From Bdellovibrionales bacterium (GTDB lineage: Bacteria > Bdellovibrionota > Bdellovibrionia > Bdellovibrionales > UBA1609): a stretch of DNA of 64,000 nt. Below the pieces are notes generated by a model. The model had not been told where the DNA came from, did not search any database, and saw only the letters and a program-made list of their open reading frames with translations. Below, in pieces: positions 31,359-40,973 of this stretch (position 1 is the first letter of the stretch; the number at the start of each line of letters is the position of its first letter). The stretch is taken from contig OZ241877.1 in assembly GCA_965203095.1 (NCBI GenBank), forward strand, positions 160,001 to 224,000. Reading direction: 5' to 3'. The translations under genes and the position numbers were made by a program.

Positions 31359-31448
31359 AACACCGGTAATAGAAAAGCCTTTATTATTTAAAAGAAAAGC
31401 TTTTTTGTGTTTAAAATGCTTTAAACTATTGAATTTACAGCGTTTTTC

Positions 31449-31470
31449 GGGGGGGGGGGGGGGGGGGGGG
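31449..31470. repeat. 22-nt G homopolymer (poly-C on the coding strand)
   Basis: directly visible; separates ORF 31421-31660 from the frame of the fibre gene. Confidence 0.9.
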
Positions 31471-31479
31471 TAAATTTAC

Positions 31480-32000
31480 CGTCCCGAAATGAAATGGCCT
31501 TTGGGCAAAAAGCTAAGGAATAAGACTTTTCAATAAGTTTTTGCGGAAAAGATTTCTGGATTCCCGTTTTCACGGGAATGACTGGTTTTGCGGGAGCTAA
31601 AAAGCTTGGGGAGCTTTTTGGCAAACTTTCCAAAGGTCTATTTTTAATATTTTTCTTCATTATAAAGACCTATCGGTTTTTTGTTTAAAAAACTTTAGAA
31701 AAAAAGCCAGATCAGGCAAAAAAACTAAAAAATTGCCTATAAAAAATCTCTGTTCTTTATCGCACAAGCAAAAGCCAGCGGTGAGGGTCCAAGGTATTGC
31801 CGTCCCGAACAAGCTGGACTTTTTGCTTGTGCGATCCATTAAATGTAGATTTTTTGCGAGAAAAACCCCTGTTTTTACGAGGACAGGCTTTTCTGGATTC
31901 CCGTTTTCACGGGAGCCAGAAAGCCTGAGGAGCTTTCTGGCAAGGTTCGGCTGGAATGACTGAGTTGTCTGGAATGACAGAGCTTTTTCACGGGCGATTA
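31480..32000. repeat. mosaic cluster of palindromic repeats (RPE/dRS3-like GTCATTCCCGTGAAAACGGGAATCCAG plus 27-nt-core hairpin)
   Basis: units at 31556-31582 and 31893-31917; core at 31783-31809; several blocks match 43670-43875 in inverted orientation. Confidence 0.78.
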
Positions 32001-32207
32001 AATAAGTTGCCAAAGCTATTTTAAAAAAAACTTAGGGTGGCTTCTCTGGGATGAGAAGGCGAGCCTTCCTCTCCAGTAATTTTGTAGGCTGGGCTCTCTC
32101 TTTTAGTTGGCCCCGGACCCACAAAACAGCAATAAGGCTCACAATCAGAAAGTGGACATGAACTATCAATATTATTAGATCTTTTTTGTTTTTTCTTTTA
32201 GTAGGAG

Positions 32208-32690
32208 TTATAGATTTTTTGCTTTGCATGAAAAAAGCTCCAATTTTTTGATAAGCCATTTCTTTTCTTTTATCCATTCAAAAAGTGCTTTGCAAACAAC
32301 AGGGGTAGAGCCTCTTTCAAAATGAGCGTCAAAATAAGTTCTCCCTTGTGTTTTCCCCTCCATTTGAATGGTTAAATTCTCGTAATCCACCTTTCCCGTT
32401 TGGCCATGTTTAAAATAAGACAACAACAAAGAGCGAAACTCATTTAAAGATCGAGCGGAATAAACAGAACCCTCATACTCTGCCCTCACTTGCACATCAA
32501 AATGAATGTATTTGGCCATTTTTGAAACTTTTGAAATGAGATTCATTTCTGATTGTGGGCCCCCTCCTACAGAGGCTAAGGCGATAAGCTTTTGACTTTT
32601 CTTTTTTAAACGAGACTCTGGGCTTTGGATCACTTTCCAAAAAGCCATAAGGGCCAAGCCTAAGGCTATAAATCCTACAATAAACTTCAT
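32208..32690 (-). CDS. hypothetical protein with N-terminal membrane anchor (possibly NTF2-like fold)
   Basis: 160 aa; hydrophobic N-terminus; follows the WG-repeat gene. Confidence 0.65.
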   Translation of the reverse strand: MKFIVGFIALGLALMAFWKVIQSPESRLKKKSQKLIALASVGGGPQSEMNLISKVSKMAKYIHFDVQVRAEYEGSVYSARSLNEFRSLLLSYFKHGQTGKVDYENLTIQMEGKTQGRTYFDAHFERGSTPVVCKALFEWIKEKKWLIKKLELFSCKAKNL

Positions 32691-32706
32691 TTTTAGAGGG
32701 GACTAA

Positions 32707-33768
32707 TCAGCCCAACCATTTGATGAAAAGCCATTCACTACCCTGTTGAACCACAGCCAAACCTTCGGAAAAAGGCATGGCAGAATCAAATTGAGGGCTT
32801 ATGACAAACTCCCCCTTCTTATTGATAAAGCCGTATTTCCCGTTTTGCTCCACAACGGCTAAACCTTCGGAAAAGGACATGGCACTATCAAACTCCAGAT
32901 CTATAATTTCTCTCCCTGCTCTATTGATAAAGCCATATTTCCCGTTTTGCTCCACCACAGCCAGCCCTTCGGAAAAGGACATGGCACTATCAAACTCCAG
33001 ATCTATAATTTCCCTTCCTGCTCTATTGATAAAGCCATATTTCCCGTTTTGCTCCACCACAGCCAAACCTTCGGAAAAAGATGCAGCCTGATCAAAATGA
33101 AAATCCGTGATTTTTTTACCCGATTTGTTAATAAAGCCATACTTACCATCCTGATAGATTAAGGCCAGATTTTCAAAAAAAGGCAGGGCATAATCAAATT
33201 CCAGATCTATAATTTCTCTTCCTGCTCTATTGATAAAGCCGTATTTCCCATTTCTCTCCACAACGGCTAGCCCTTCGGAAAAGGCTCCGGCATAGCCAAA
33301 CTGAGGGCTTATTACCCACTCCCCATCTTGGTTGATAAAGCCTCGTAGGCCATCCCTTTCCACCACAGCCAGCCCTTCGGAAAAGGACATAGCATAATCA
33401 AATTCCAGATCTATAATTTCTCTCCCTACTCTATTGATAAAGCCGTATTTCCCGTTTTGCTCCACCACGGCCAAGCCTTCGGAAAAAGCTCCGGCAGAGT
33501 CAAATCTCATATCTATAACCTCATTCCAATTCAAATCCACAAAGCCGTATTTCCCGTTATTTCCCACTACAGATAGACCCTCAGAGAAAGGCAAAACGCT
33601 TTCTAAATGACTGTAAAAAGGCCAAGACTTTTCATAATCTATTGGGTTAAAAGGCAATTCTAAATAAGCACAGGAATAATTTTTCCCACATTTAAAAAGC
33701 TTTGTAGGCTCCAGCCCAAAAGCTTGTGAAAAGATAAAAAACAATGCCAAAAAAATAAAATTCCCCAT
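32707..33768 (-). CDS. secreted WG-repeat (KWG) protein
   Basis: about eight 35-aa repeats FSEGLAVVEQNGKYGFIN..G..II...FD; signal peptide from ATG 33768. Confidence 0.92.
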   Translation of the reverse strand: MGNFIFLALFFIFSQAFGLEPTKLFKCGKNYSCAYLELPFNPIDYEKSWPFYSHLESVLPFSEGLSVVGNNGKYGFVDLNWNEVIDMRFDSAGAFSEGLAVVEQNGKYGFINRVGREIIDLEFDYAMSFSEGLAVVERDGLRGFINQDGEWVISPQFGYAGAFSEGLAVVERNGKYGFINRAGREIIDLEFDYALPFFENLALIYQDGKYGFINKSGKKITDFHFDQAASFSEGLAVVEQNGKYGFINRAGREIIDLEFDSAMSFSEGLAVVEQNGKYGFINRAGREIIDLEFDSAMSFSEGLAVVEQNGKYGFINKKGEFVISPQFDSAMPFSEGLAVVQQGSEWLFIKWLG

Positions 33769-33998
33769 AAAAAACCTCAAGTGAGGGGACCAAGCTATCA
33801 AAACCAAAAAGTAAAGTCAAATAAGAATTTTAAAAAATAGGGATTTTCCCCCTCATAAAATGCCTTCTGTTTGACTTTTTTCCTGTTCCTCAGCTATGAT
33901 AAATCTGTTTGGAGATGAACTGAAACTTTTTTCAAAAACAAAGGGGGCTTGCCATCCAATTCAAAATCGAGAAACTGGCCTTTTTTATCAACTTATTT

Positions 33999-35465
33999 TT
34001 GCCCATTTCTTTTGTTTTGAGCTGGTATTTTCTGTCCCTCAACTCCTTAGTCAGCATTTTTCTGATGGGGCTGTTGGGCTTAAATATTTACTGTCGCTAT
34101 ATCCAAAAAACACACACTTTGCTCACTAATTTTGGAATATTGGCTTTTCTCCGTTATTTTTTAGAAAGCCTGGGGCCTGAGTTTCGCCAATACCTTTACT
34201 CCAGCGATATAGAGGAAAGGCCCTTTAACCGTGTGGAGCGAAGGGATGTTTATGTGAAGGCTAAAAATCAAGACAAAGCCTCTGCCTTTGGCTCTTTGTT
34301 AAACTTTGACGGTAGCGAATGGAAACTCAAACACTCCCTTTACCCTGAAAGCCAAAAAGGGATTCAAGCTTTTTCTCTCACTTTTGGAGAAGAGCGAGGT
34401 TTAAAAAACACCTATTCTATCAACAAACCCCTTTTAATTGGAGGGATGAGTTATGGTTCTTTAGGGAAAAGAGCTGTGCAGGCTTTGGCCCGCGGGGCAA
34501 AAAAAGCAGGTATCCCTATGAACACAGGTGAAGGGGGCTATCCCGAATACCACTTAATGGAAGATTGTGATCTGATCTTTCAGATGGGAACAGCCAAGTT
34601 TGGTGTGAGGAAGGAGAACGGGGATTTGGACCCCGATCGTTTAGCAAAACTTTGCGAAAAGCCCAAAATTAAAATGCTGGAAATCAAGTTTTCCCAAGGA
34701 GGGAAACCCGGCAAAGGGGGCCTTCTTCCAAAAGAAAAGATCTCTGAGGAAATTGCTCGTTTAAGAAATATTCCCTTAGGCCAAGATCTCTTCTCCCCAC
34801 CAAGGCATAAAGAGTGCCTATCGGCCCTATCCACAGTCAGATTTGTCCGGCAAATTCAAGACATAAGTCAAATTCCTGTGGGTATTAAATTTTGCCTCGG
34901 AAGGGAAAAAGAGCTTTATGAGCTTTTTTCCGTTATGAAAAAAGAAAATCTTTTTCCAGATTACATTGCTTTAGACGGATCTGAGGGGGGGACTGGGGCC
35001 GCCCCAAAAACTTTTATGGATGATTTGGGCTGGCCTTTAAACTCGGCTCTTCAAATTCTCCGCAAAATTTTAAGCGAACTCAATATGGAAAATCGTTTTC
35101 AAATCCTTTGCTCTGGGAAACTCATCAATTCTGGAAAACAGATGATGGCTTTGGCCTTAGGTGCAAACGCTGTTTATACTGCCAGAGGTTTTTTGTTGGC
35201 CTTAGGTTGCATTCAGGCTTTGCGATGCCACAGCAATACTTGCCCTACGGGGATCACAACCCACAATCCTCGTTTAATGAGAGGCTTGAATATTGAAGAA
35301 AAGTCAGAACGAGTTAAAAATTATGCCAATGGCTTAATCAAAAACAATTATGAGCTTTTAGGGGCTTTGGGTTTAAAAAACTTTTCTGAACTGAAACCAG
35401 AACATGTGATCTCGCCAGGCCTTTGGCATCGTAAGGGGTCTAATGGCGTGCCCGAGAGGATTTGA
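33999..35465 (+). CDS. FMN-binding glutamate synthase family protein (start uncertain)
   Basis: GMSYGSLG, NTGEGG, FQMGTAKFGVR, EIKFSQGGKPGKGG, DGSEGGTGAAP, GCIQALRCHSNTCPTGITT. Confidence 0.92.
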   Translation: MPISFVLSWYFLSLNSLVSIFLMGLLGLNIYCRYIQKTHTLLTNFGILAFLRYFLESLGPEFRQYLYSSDIEERPFNRVERRDVYVKAKNQDKASAFGSLLNFDGSEWKLKHSLYPESQKGIQAFSLTFGEERGLKNTYSINKPLLIGGMSYGSLGKRAVQALARGAKKAGIPMNTGEGGYPEYHLMEDCDLIFQMGTAKFGVRKENGDLDPDRLAKLCEKPKIKMLEIKFSQGGKPGKGGLLPKEKISEEIARLRNIPLGQDLFSPPRHKECLSALSTVRFVRQIQDISQIPVGIKFCLGREKELYELFSVMKKENLFPDYIALDGSEGGTGAAPKTFMDDLGWPLNSALQILRKILSELNMENRFQILCSGKLINSGKQMMALALGANAVYTARGFLLALGCIQALRCHSNTCPTGITTHNPRLMRGLNIEEKSERVKNYANGLIKNNYELLGALGLKNFSELKPEHVISPGLWHRKGSNGVPERI

Positions 35466-35520
35466 ACCCCTAACCTTCTGATCCGTAGTCAGATGCTCTA
35501 TCCAGTTGAGCTACGGGCAC
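35444..35520 (-). tRNA. tRNA-Arg (ACG)
   Basis: GTGCCCGTAGCTCAACTGGATAGAGCATCTGACT-ACG-GATCAGAAGGTTAGGGGTTCAAATCCTCTCGGGCACGCCA. Confidence 0.96.
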
Positions 35521-35719
35521 AGGCGGATTTTATTTTTTTAAATCCAAACAGCTCACTTGTCCAACATATTTTTTATAGGCGACTAATCCTCCGTGAAAAA
35601 CCTGTTAAAAGGCTTTATTTTAGGAGGAAAATCAATGCACTTGAAATTGAGACCATCTATGATATAGATACAAAATGAACCTTGATATACTGTTGGCTTT
35701 TTAATAAACAATGGCCCCA

Positions 35720-35814
<95 letters not shown>

Positions 35815-35833
35815 TTTTAAGGAGAAACAAATC

Positions 35834-37009
35834 ATGCCCGTTTATATTATTTCTGCTAAAAGAACTCCTATCGGAAAATTTAAAGGAGCTTTGGCCGGCC
35901 TCTCTGCCGTCCAGTTAGGAGCTATAGTCATTAAAGCCATTTTAGAAGAGCAAAAAGGCCTTTTTGATCCCAAAGAAATTTCTGAATGCATTGTGGGCCA
36001 AGTGCTCAGTGCCGGTGCGGGGCAAGCCCCAGCCCGACAAACCGCCTTAAAAGCGGGCTTAGCTCCCTCTTCAGCTTGCACCACAGTAAATAAAGTTTGT
36101 GGCTCTGGTTTAAAGGCTGTAATGATGGCCTGCGACAGTATTGAATTGGGCCGTGCTCATCTTATAATAGCAGGAGGGCAAGAGAGTATGAGCCAGGCCC
36201 CGCATATTTTACCTAAGGCTCGTTTTGGCTTTTCCCTTGGGGAAACTTCTCTTGTAGATAGCCTTTTAGAGGACGGACTTATCAACCCTTATGATAAAAA
36301 ACACATGGGGCAAATAGGAGAACTTTGTGCTCAAAAATACAACTTAAACCTTGAACAACAAAATGTTTATGCAAAAAATAGTTTTGAAAAAGCCTTTAAG
36401 GCCCAAAAAAATCATTGGTTTAAAGAGGAGAGTGTGCCTATCTCAATCAATGGGACAACAGTTTTGGAGCAAGATGAACTGCTCTCTCAAAAAAATTATG
36501 AAAGGATAGACAGTGCCCGCCCTGTTTTTGAAAAAGAGGGCACTGTGACCGCCGGAAACGCCAGCAAAATTAACGATGGGGCGGCCTTCTTACTGCTGGC
36601 CAGCGAAAAGGCCGTTCAGCAATTTAAACTTAAACCTTTGGCTCGAGTTTTGGGTTATAGTGGCTTTGCCCAAGAGCCTCATTGGTTTACAACTGCACCC
36701 ATTCATTCCATAAAAAAACTTTTAAAACTCATGAGGCTCAAAACAGAAGATGTGGATTTGTTTGAAGTGAATGAAGCCTTTAGTGCTGTGGCTTTGGCTG
36801 TGGCTCAAAATGTTCCCATCCCCTCAGATCGGCTGAATGTGCATGGCGGAGCTGTAGCCTTAGGGCATCCCATTGGGGCCAGCGGGGCACGGATTTTAAG
36901 CACCTTAGTTCATGCTTTAAAAACCCATCAGAAAAAAATAGGAATGGCCTCCATCTGCCTGGGTGGTGGCGAGGCCCTATCCCTGTCTGTTGAAAGGCTC
37001 AAATCATAA
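35834..37009 (+). CDS. acetyl-CoA C-acetyltransferase (thiolase)
   Basis: NKVCGSGLKA, AGGQESMS, EVNEAF, NVHGGAVALGHPIGASGARI, ICLGGG. Confidence 0.95.
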   Translation: MPVYIISAKRTPIGKFKGALAGLSAVQLGAIVIKAILEEQKGLFDPKEISECIVGQVLSAGAGQAPARQTALKAGLAPSSACTTVNKVCGSGLKAVMMACDSIELGRAHLIIAGGQESMSQAPHILPKARFGFSLGETSLVDSLLEDGLINPYDKKHMGQIGELCAQKYNLNLEQQNVYAKNSFEKAFKAQKNHWFKEESVPISINGTTVLEQDELLSQKNYERIDSARPVFEKEGTVTAGNASKINDGAAFLLLASEKAVQQFKLKPLARVLGYSGFAQEPHWFTTAPIHSIKKLLKLMRLKTEDVDLFEVNEAFSAVALAVAQNVPIPSDRLNVHGGAVALGHPIGASGARILSTLVHALKTHQKKIGMASICLGGGEALSLSVERLKS

Positions 37010-37150
37010 TTTTTTTGTAAAAAATTATAAAATTTTTGTAAAAAAAGAGGATTGAGACATCATTGAGACATCAAAAAATGGGCTGAAAGGCCCAAAAAAC
37101 AGGGATTTTATGCGGTGTGTTAAAAAAACAAAAAAAAATTAAAAAAAAGC

Positions 37151-37178
37151 TTGACAAAAATCAGGACTATGGTATTGT
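37151..37178 (+). promoter_or_regulatory. sigma70-type promoter
   Basis: TTGACA-16bp-TATTGT. Confidence 0.55.
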
Positions 37179-37313
37179 GAGTATTGCTCTAAGACGGTCC
37201 ACCAAGGTTTTATGAGGTGTCAAAGCTGAATGAGGCTGAGGGGGCTATCTTGGGCGTTTTTTTTGCCTTTTTTCAATAAAAAGAGTCCCTCCCAATTAGT
37301 TAGACTGTCAAAT

Positions 37314-37610
37314 ATGAAGAAAAAGATATTCAACAAAAAAGACATTGCTCAAGTGGTCTATAATAAAATAGGCTATCACAAAGCCGTCAGTAAGGAATTA
37401 GTGGATTCACTTTTTCATATTATAAAACAGAATTTGATACTGGGTCGAGGGGTCAAAATCCATGGTTTTGGAACATTCTTTCTTAAAGATAAAAAAGCCA
37501 GAAAAGGGAGAAATCCCCAAACGGGAAAAGCTTTAACCATTTCTGCGAGAAGGATTCTTCGTTTTCGAATCAGCTCTCTTTTGAAAAAGCAAATTATATC
37601 TAATAAATGA
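37314..37610 (+). CDS. ihfA: integration host factor alpha / HU family protein
   Basis: VKIHGFGTF..KDKKARKGRNPQTG...ISARR; followed by a MerR gene as in ihfA loci. Confidence 0.85.
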   Translation: MKKKIFNKKDIAQVVYNKIGYHKAVSKELVDSLFHIIKQNLILGRGVKIHGFGTFFLKDKKARKGRNPQTGKALTISARRILRFRISSLLKKQIISNK

Positions 37611-38029
37611 TCCCGCTGGACCATCATTTTAAAACCATTTCCGATCAAATGGATCGGCTACCCGATAAACCCAACTTTAAAATTGGAGAGGTGGGAAATA
37701 TTGTAGGAGTATCCCACAGTATCTTGCGGTATTGGGAAAAAAAACTCCCCACCCTAAAGCCACAAAAATTTGCCAATAAACAGAGAATATACTTTAAAAA
37801 AGACATAAAAACATTGTTTTTAATTAAAGCCTTATTTTATAAAGAAAATCTCTCTATTAGGGCTTTGCAAAAAAGCTTGCCTTATTGCTATCGAAAACTC
37901 CAACAAAGGGAAAATTATTTAAAAACCAAAAACTCGGCTAAAAAAAAGGTCTATCAGTTATTGGATTCTATAGAACAAATGCGTCGCTTAACCAAAGAAG
38001 ATATACCCCATCAATCAAAACTTCTTTAA
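37607..38029 (+). CDS. MerR-family transcriptional regulator
   Basis: LPDKPNFKIGEV..IVGV..SILRYWE...LKPQK....R.Y. Confidence 0.85.
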   Translation: MIPLDHHFKTISDQMDRLPDKPNFKIGEVGNIVGVSHSILRYWEKKLPTLKPQKFANKQRIYFKKDIKTLFLIKALFYKENLSIRALQKSLPYCYRKLQQRENYLKTKNSAKKKVYQLLDSIEQMRRLTKEDIPHQSKLL

Positions 38030-38050
38030 GATTTCAATTTTCGCAGGAAG

Positions 38051-38947
38051 TTAAAGCCTTTCTAAACGAGCGATTCTCTCTTGAAGAGGAGGATGAGTGG
38101 AAAATACACTCCCCTTGGCCTTTTTTCCTGAAATTTGAAGATAGTTGTAAGACTCCGTTTTTGTCCCTCGGCCCCCACTATGAGCAAAAGCCCTTGAAGA
38201 AGGCAAGAGCCTTTCTAAAGCTTTTAAGGCCGAGATCATGTTGTCTCGTCCGGCAAATCTGGCCCCGCCTTTATCTGCTCGAAATTCTCTTTTTTTGGAA
38301 AAATAATTCAAAACCAAAGAACCTAAAATTCCAAAAGCTATTTGAAGAGCTATAAAAATAAAATACTCCATAAAAAAGGAGCGACTTCTCATTCTACTGG
38401 CTATCAACTGTGCCACAAAACGAGCGGCCAACAAAACCATTGTGTTAATTAAACCCTGAAGAAGGGTCATTGTCACCATATCCCCATTAACTATATGAGC
38501 CACTTCATGAGCTATTACCCCCTCTAACTCATTTTTATTCATGGAGCGGAGGAGTCCTGATGAAACCGCTACAAGGGATTTTCTTTTACTGGGGCCGGTG
38601 GCAAAGGCATTGGGGCTTTCGCTTTCATAAACCCCCACCTCTGGTTTTTCTGGTAATTTTGCCCGCATGGCCATTTCATGAACTAAATTTACTAACTCCT
38701 TCTCCTCCCCTACAGCTGTTCGAGGATTAAGGACACGAACTCCCATAAATTTTTTGGCAAAAACACGGGACATAGCCAAAGAAAAAAAAGCCCCACCAAA
38801 ACCAATTAAAGAGTAAAAAACAAGATAAAAGCCCCATTCCCCTTTAATACCCAATGCCTGAACAATAATAGTCCCTAAAACACTGGCCATTAAAACAACC
38901 AGAATATTGATTAGGAAAAAAAAGAACATTCTCCTCATAAAGCCCAT
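38051..38947 (-). CDS. htpX: membrane zinc protease HtpX
   Basis: PNAFATG, HEVAHIVNGDMVTMTL, REFRAD, FSTHPPL.ERI. Confidence 0.95.
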   Translation of the reverse strand: MGFMRRMFFFFLINILVVLMASVLGTIIVQALGIKGEWGFYLVFYSLIGFGGAFFSLAMSRVFAKKFMGVRVLNPRTAVGEEKELVNLVHEMAMRAKLPEKPEVGVYESESPNAFATGPSKRKSLVAVSSGLLRSMNKNELEGVIAHEVAHIVNGDMVTMTLLQGLINTMVLLAARFVAQLIASRMRSRSFFMEYFIFIALQIAFGILGSLVLNYFSKKREFRADKGGARFAGRDNMISALKALERLLPSSRAFAHSGGRGTKTESYNYLQISGKKAKGSVFSTHPPLQERIARLERL

Positions 38948-39085
38948 GTGGCCTCCTCATGTTTTTGTTTGGGCAAAGCAAAAATTATTTTCTTAGGCTA
39001 TAATTTTTACAAAAAGCCATCCATATAAGGCCAGTATAATAAAAGCAAAAACAAAAGAGTCAATAAAAAAATCAAAAAAATCCCT

Positions 39086-39760
39086 TTACTTTTGAGAGAA
39101 AAGGGAAAAAACCACAAGCAGTAGGAGGAAGAGAAAAGCCAGCTTTTGCAACCTATTTTTTTTATGAAAATGATTAAATCCTTGGACAAAAGGGCGAGAC
39201 ATATAATCCACTTCAAAGTTGAGCTGGTCTCCTTTTTGAATGCGGGACAGGTTGGTCTCTTTTAATGTTTTAGGAATTAGGCTTATGTCCAACAAAGGGC
39301 CATTAGCTTTGTTGACTGTCAAACTCACTCCGTTTAAGGCAATATAAGCCTTGTCCCAAAAAAAGCTTTTAAATTTTTTAGGGACGGCTATTCGAATCCG
39401 CCGGCTCTCCCCCAACTTTTTAACATCTTTAACAAGGGCCAGGCCATCTCCATGGCCTGTCACATAGTGCCCGCCTATAGCACTTTGCAAAGTGAGAGAA
39501 GGCTCTAAATTCAAAGTAGAGTCTCTTAACTTTTCCGGAGTCCATCCTGTTATTTTTAAAGTCTCAGGTGATAAGGCAAAGCTGAGCCTTTGGCCCTCTA
39601 TCCCTTCTAAGGTCAAACAGATACCATTCACACATAAGCTGTCCCCCTCCTCAATAGATGATGGAAATGAGGGAGGTTTTTTTATTTTTAAGTGCAAAAT
39701 AGGAGCTTGAAGGCGAACTTCTAAAACGGGACTGACCCATTTCACTCTTCCGGAAAACAT
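39086..39760 (-). CDS. ribE: riboflavin synthase (alpha chain)
   Basis: MFSG, GDSLCVNGICLT, GGHYVTGH, IALNGVSLTV, LIPKTL..TNL. Confidence 0.92.
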   Translation of the reverse strand: MFSGRVKWVSPVLEVRLQAPILHLKIKKPPSFPSSIEEGDSLCVNGICLTLEGIEGQRLSFALSPETLKITGWTPEKLRDSTLNLEPSLTLQSAIGGHYVTGHGDGLALVKDVKKLGESRRIRIAVPKKFKSFFWDKAYIALNGVSLTVNKANGPLLDISLIPKTLKETNLSRIQKGDQLNFEVDYMSRPFVQGFNHFHKKNRLQKLAFLFLLLLVVFSLFSQK

Positions 39761-39778
39761 AAAATTCCCCTTGTCCTC

Positions 39779-40933
39779 TTAAAAATGCAACTGATTGTCC
39801 TCTAAAACACTTCGGGCAATAATAACCCGCATGATCTCATTAGTCCCTTCTAAAATTTGATGCACACGGGCCTCTCTCATCAAACGTTCCACAGGATATT
39901 CCTTCATGTAGCCATAGCCTCCAAAAATTTGAATGGCCTGATTGCAAATATCAAAGCACAAATCAGTGGCCAACCTTTTGGCCATAGCACAATAGACATG
40001 AGCTTGAGGATGGCCCTTATCCAATTGAAAAGCGGCCAAGCGAACCATCCCGCGAGAGGCGGTCAGATGGGTCATCATATCTGCTATTTTAAAACGAAGA
40101 GCTTGAAAAGAGCTGATGGATTTCCCAAACTGCTCCCTCTCTTTCATATATTTTTGAGAGTGATAGATGGCCCCGGCCCCGGCCCCTACAGAGCAAGAGG
40201 CAATGTTGATTCGGCCACCGTTTAAAGCCTTCATGGCTATTTTAAAACCCTCAGCCTCCTGACCAATAATGTGATCTTCCGGCACTTTCACATCATCTAA
40301 ATTTACAATTCGTGTGGGTTGGGAGTTCCAACCCATTTTGGACTCGTTTTTTCCATAAGAAATACCTTTGAGATCTGCTGGAACAACAAAGCTGGAAATG
40401 CCCTTAGGCCCAGGACCACCTGTTCGGGCCATTACAAGCAAAACCTCTGTAGAACCAGCACCGGAGACAAAAGTTTTTGTCCCCTTAAGCAACCACTTTC
40501 CCCCCTGTTTTTTGGCTGTGGTTTTAAGCCCGGCGGAATCGGAACCGGACCAAGGTTCTGTTAGGCAATAAGAACCCAAATATTCCCCTTGAATCATTTT
40601 AGGGACAAACTTTTTTCTTAAAGACTCTGTTCCATAAGTATCAATCGTCCAGGCCACCATGTTGTGAATGGAGATATAAGCTGTTGTGGAGGGGCAGGCT
40701 TTGGCCATCTCCTCAATAATGATGGAGCTGTCCAAACGGGAAAGGGCCATGCCTCCTAAATCTTCCTTCAAGCAAAGCCCCAGGAAGCCCATTTTAGCTG
40801 ATTTTTTAATGACTTCTTTAGGGAAGATCTTTTTTTCATCCCATTCCCCGGCTTTATCTTTCAGCTCCTTTTCAGCAAAATCTTTGGCCAGGGATTGAAA
40901 GGCCTTTTGCTCCTCATTCAAATTAAAGTCCAT
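39779..40933 (-). CDS. acyl-CoA dehydrogenase (isobutyryl-CoA dehydrogenase-like)
   Basis: SYCLTEP.SGSD, KMGWNSQPT, GGRINIASCS, FGGYGY, RVHQILEGTNEIMR. Confidence 0.93.
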   Translation of the reverse strand: MDFNLNEEQKAFQSLAKDFAEKELKDKAGEWDEKKIFPKEVIKKSAKMGFLGLCLKEDLGGMALSRLDSSIIIEEMAKACPSTTAYISIHNMVAWTIDTYGTESLRKKFVPKMIQGEYLGSYCLTEPWSGSDSAGLKTTAKKQGGKWLLKGTKTFVSGAGSTEVLLVMARTGGPGPKGISSFVVPADLKGISYGKNESKMGWNSQPTRIVNLDDVKVPEDHIIGQEAEGFKIAMKALNGGRINIASCSVGAGAGAIYHSQKYMKEREQFGKSISSFQALRFKIADMMTHLTASRGMVRLAAFQLDKGHPQAHVYCAMAKRLATDLCFDICNQAIQIFGGYGYMKEYPVERLMREARVHQILEGTNEIMRVIIARSVLEDNQLHF

Positions 40934-40973
40934 CTCTCCTCTCTGCTTAATGACTTAATCGCCCATAATAAAG

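Noticed and set aside
32032..32277. 81-aa ORF
   Set aside because: Overlaps the upstream gene by 70 bp and has no recognisable motif; unsupported
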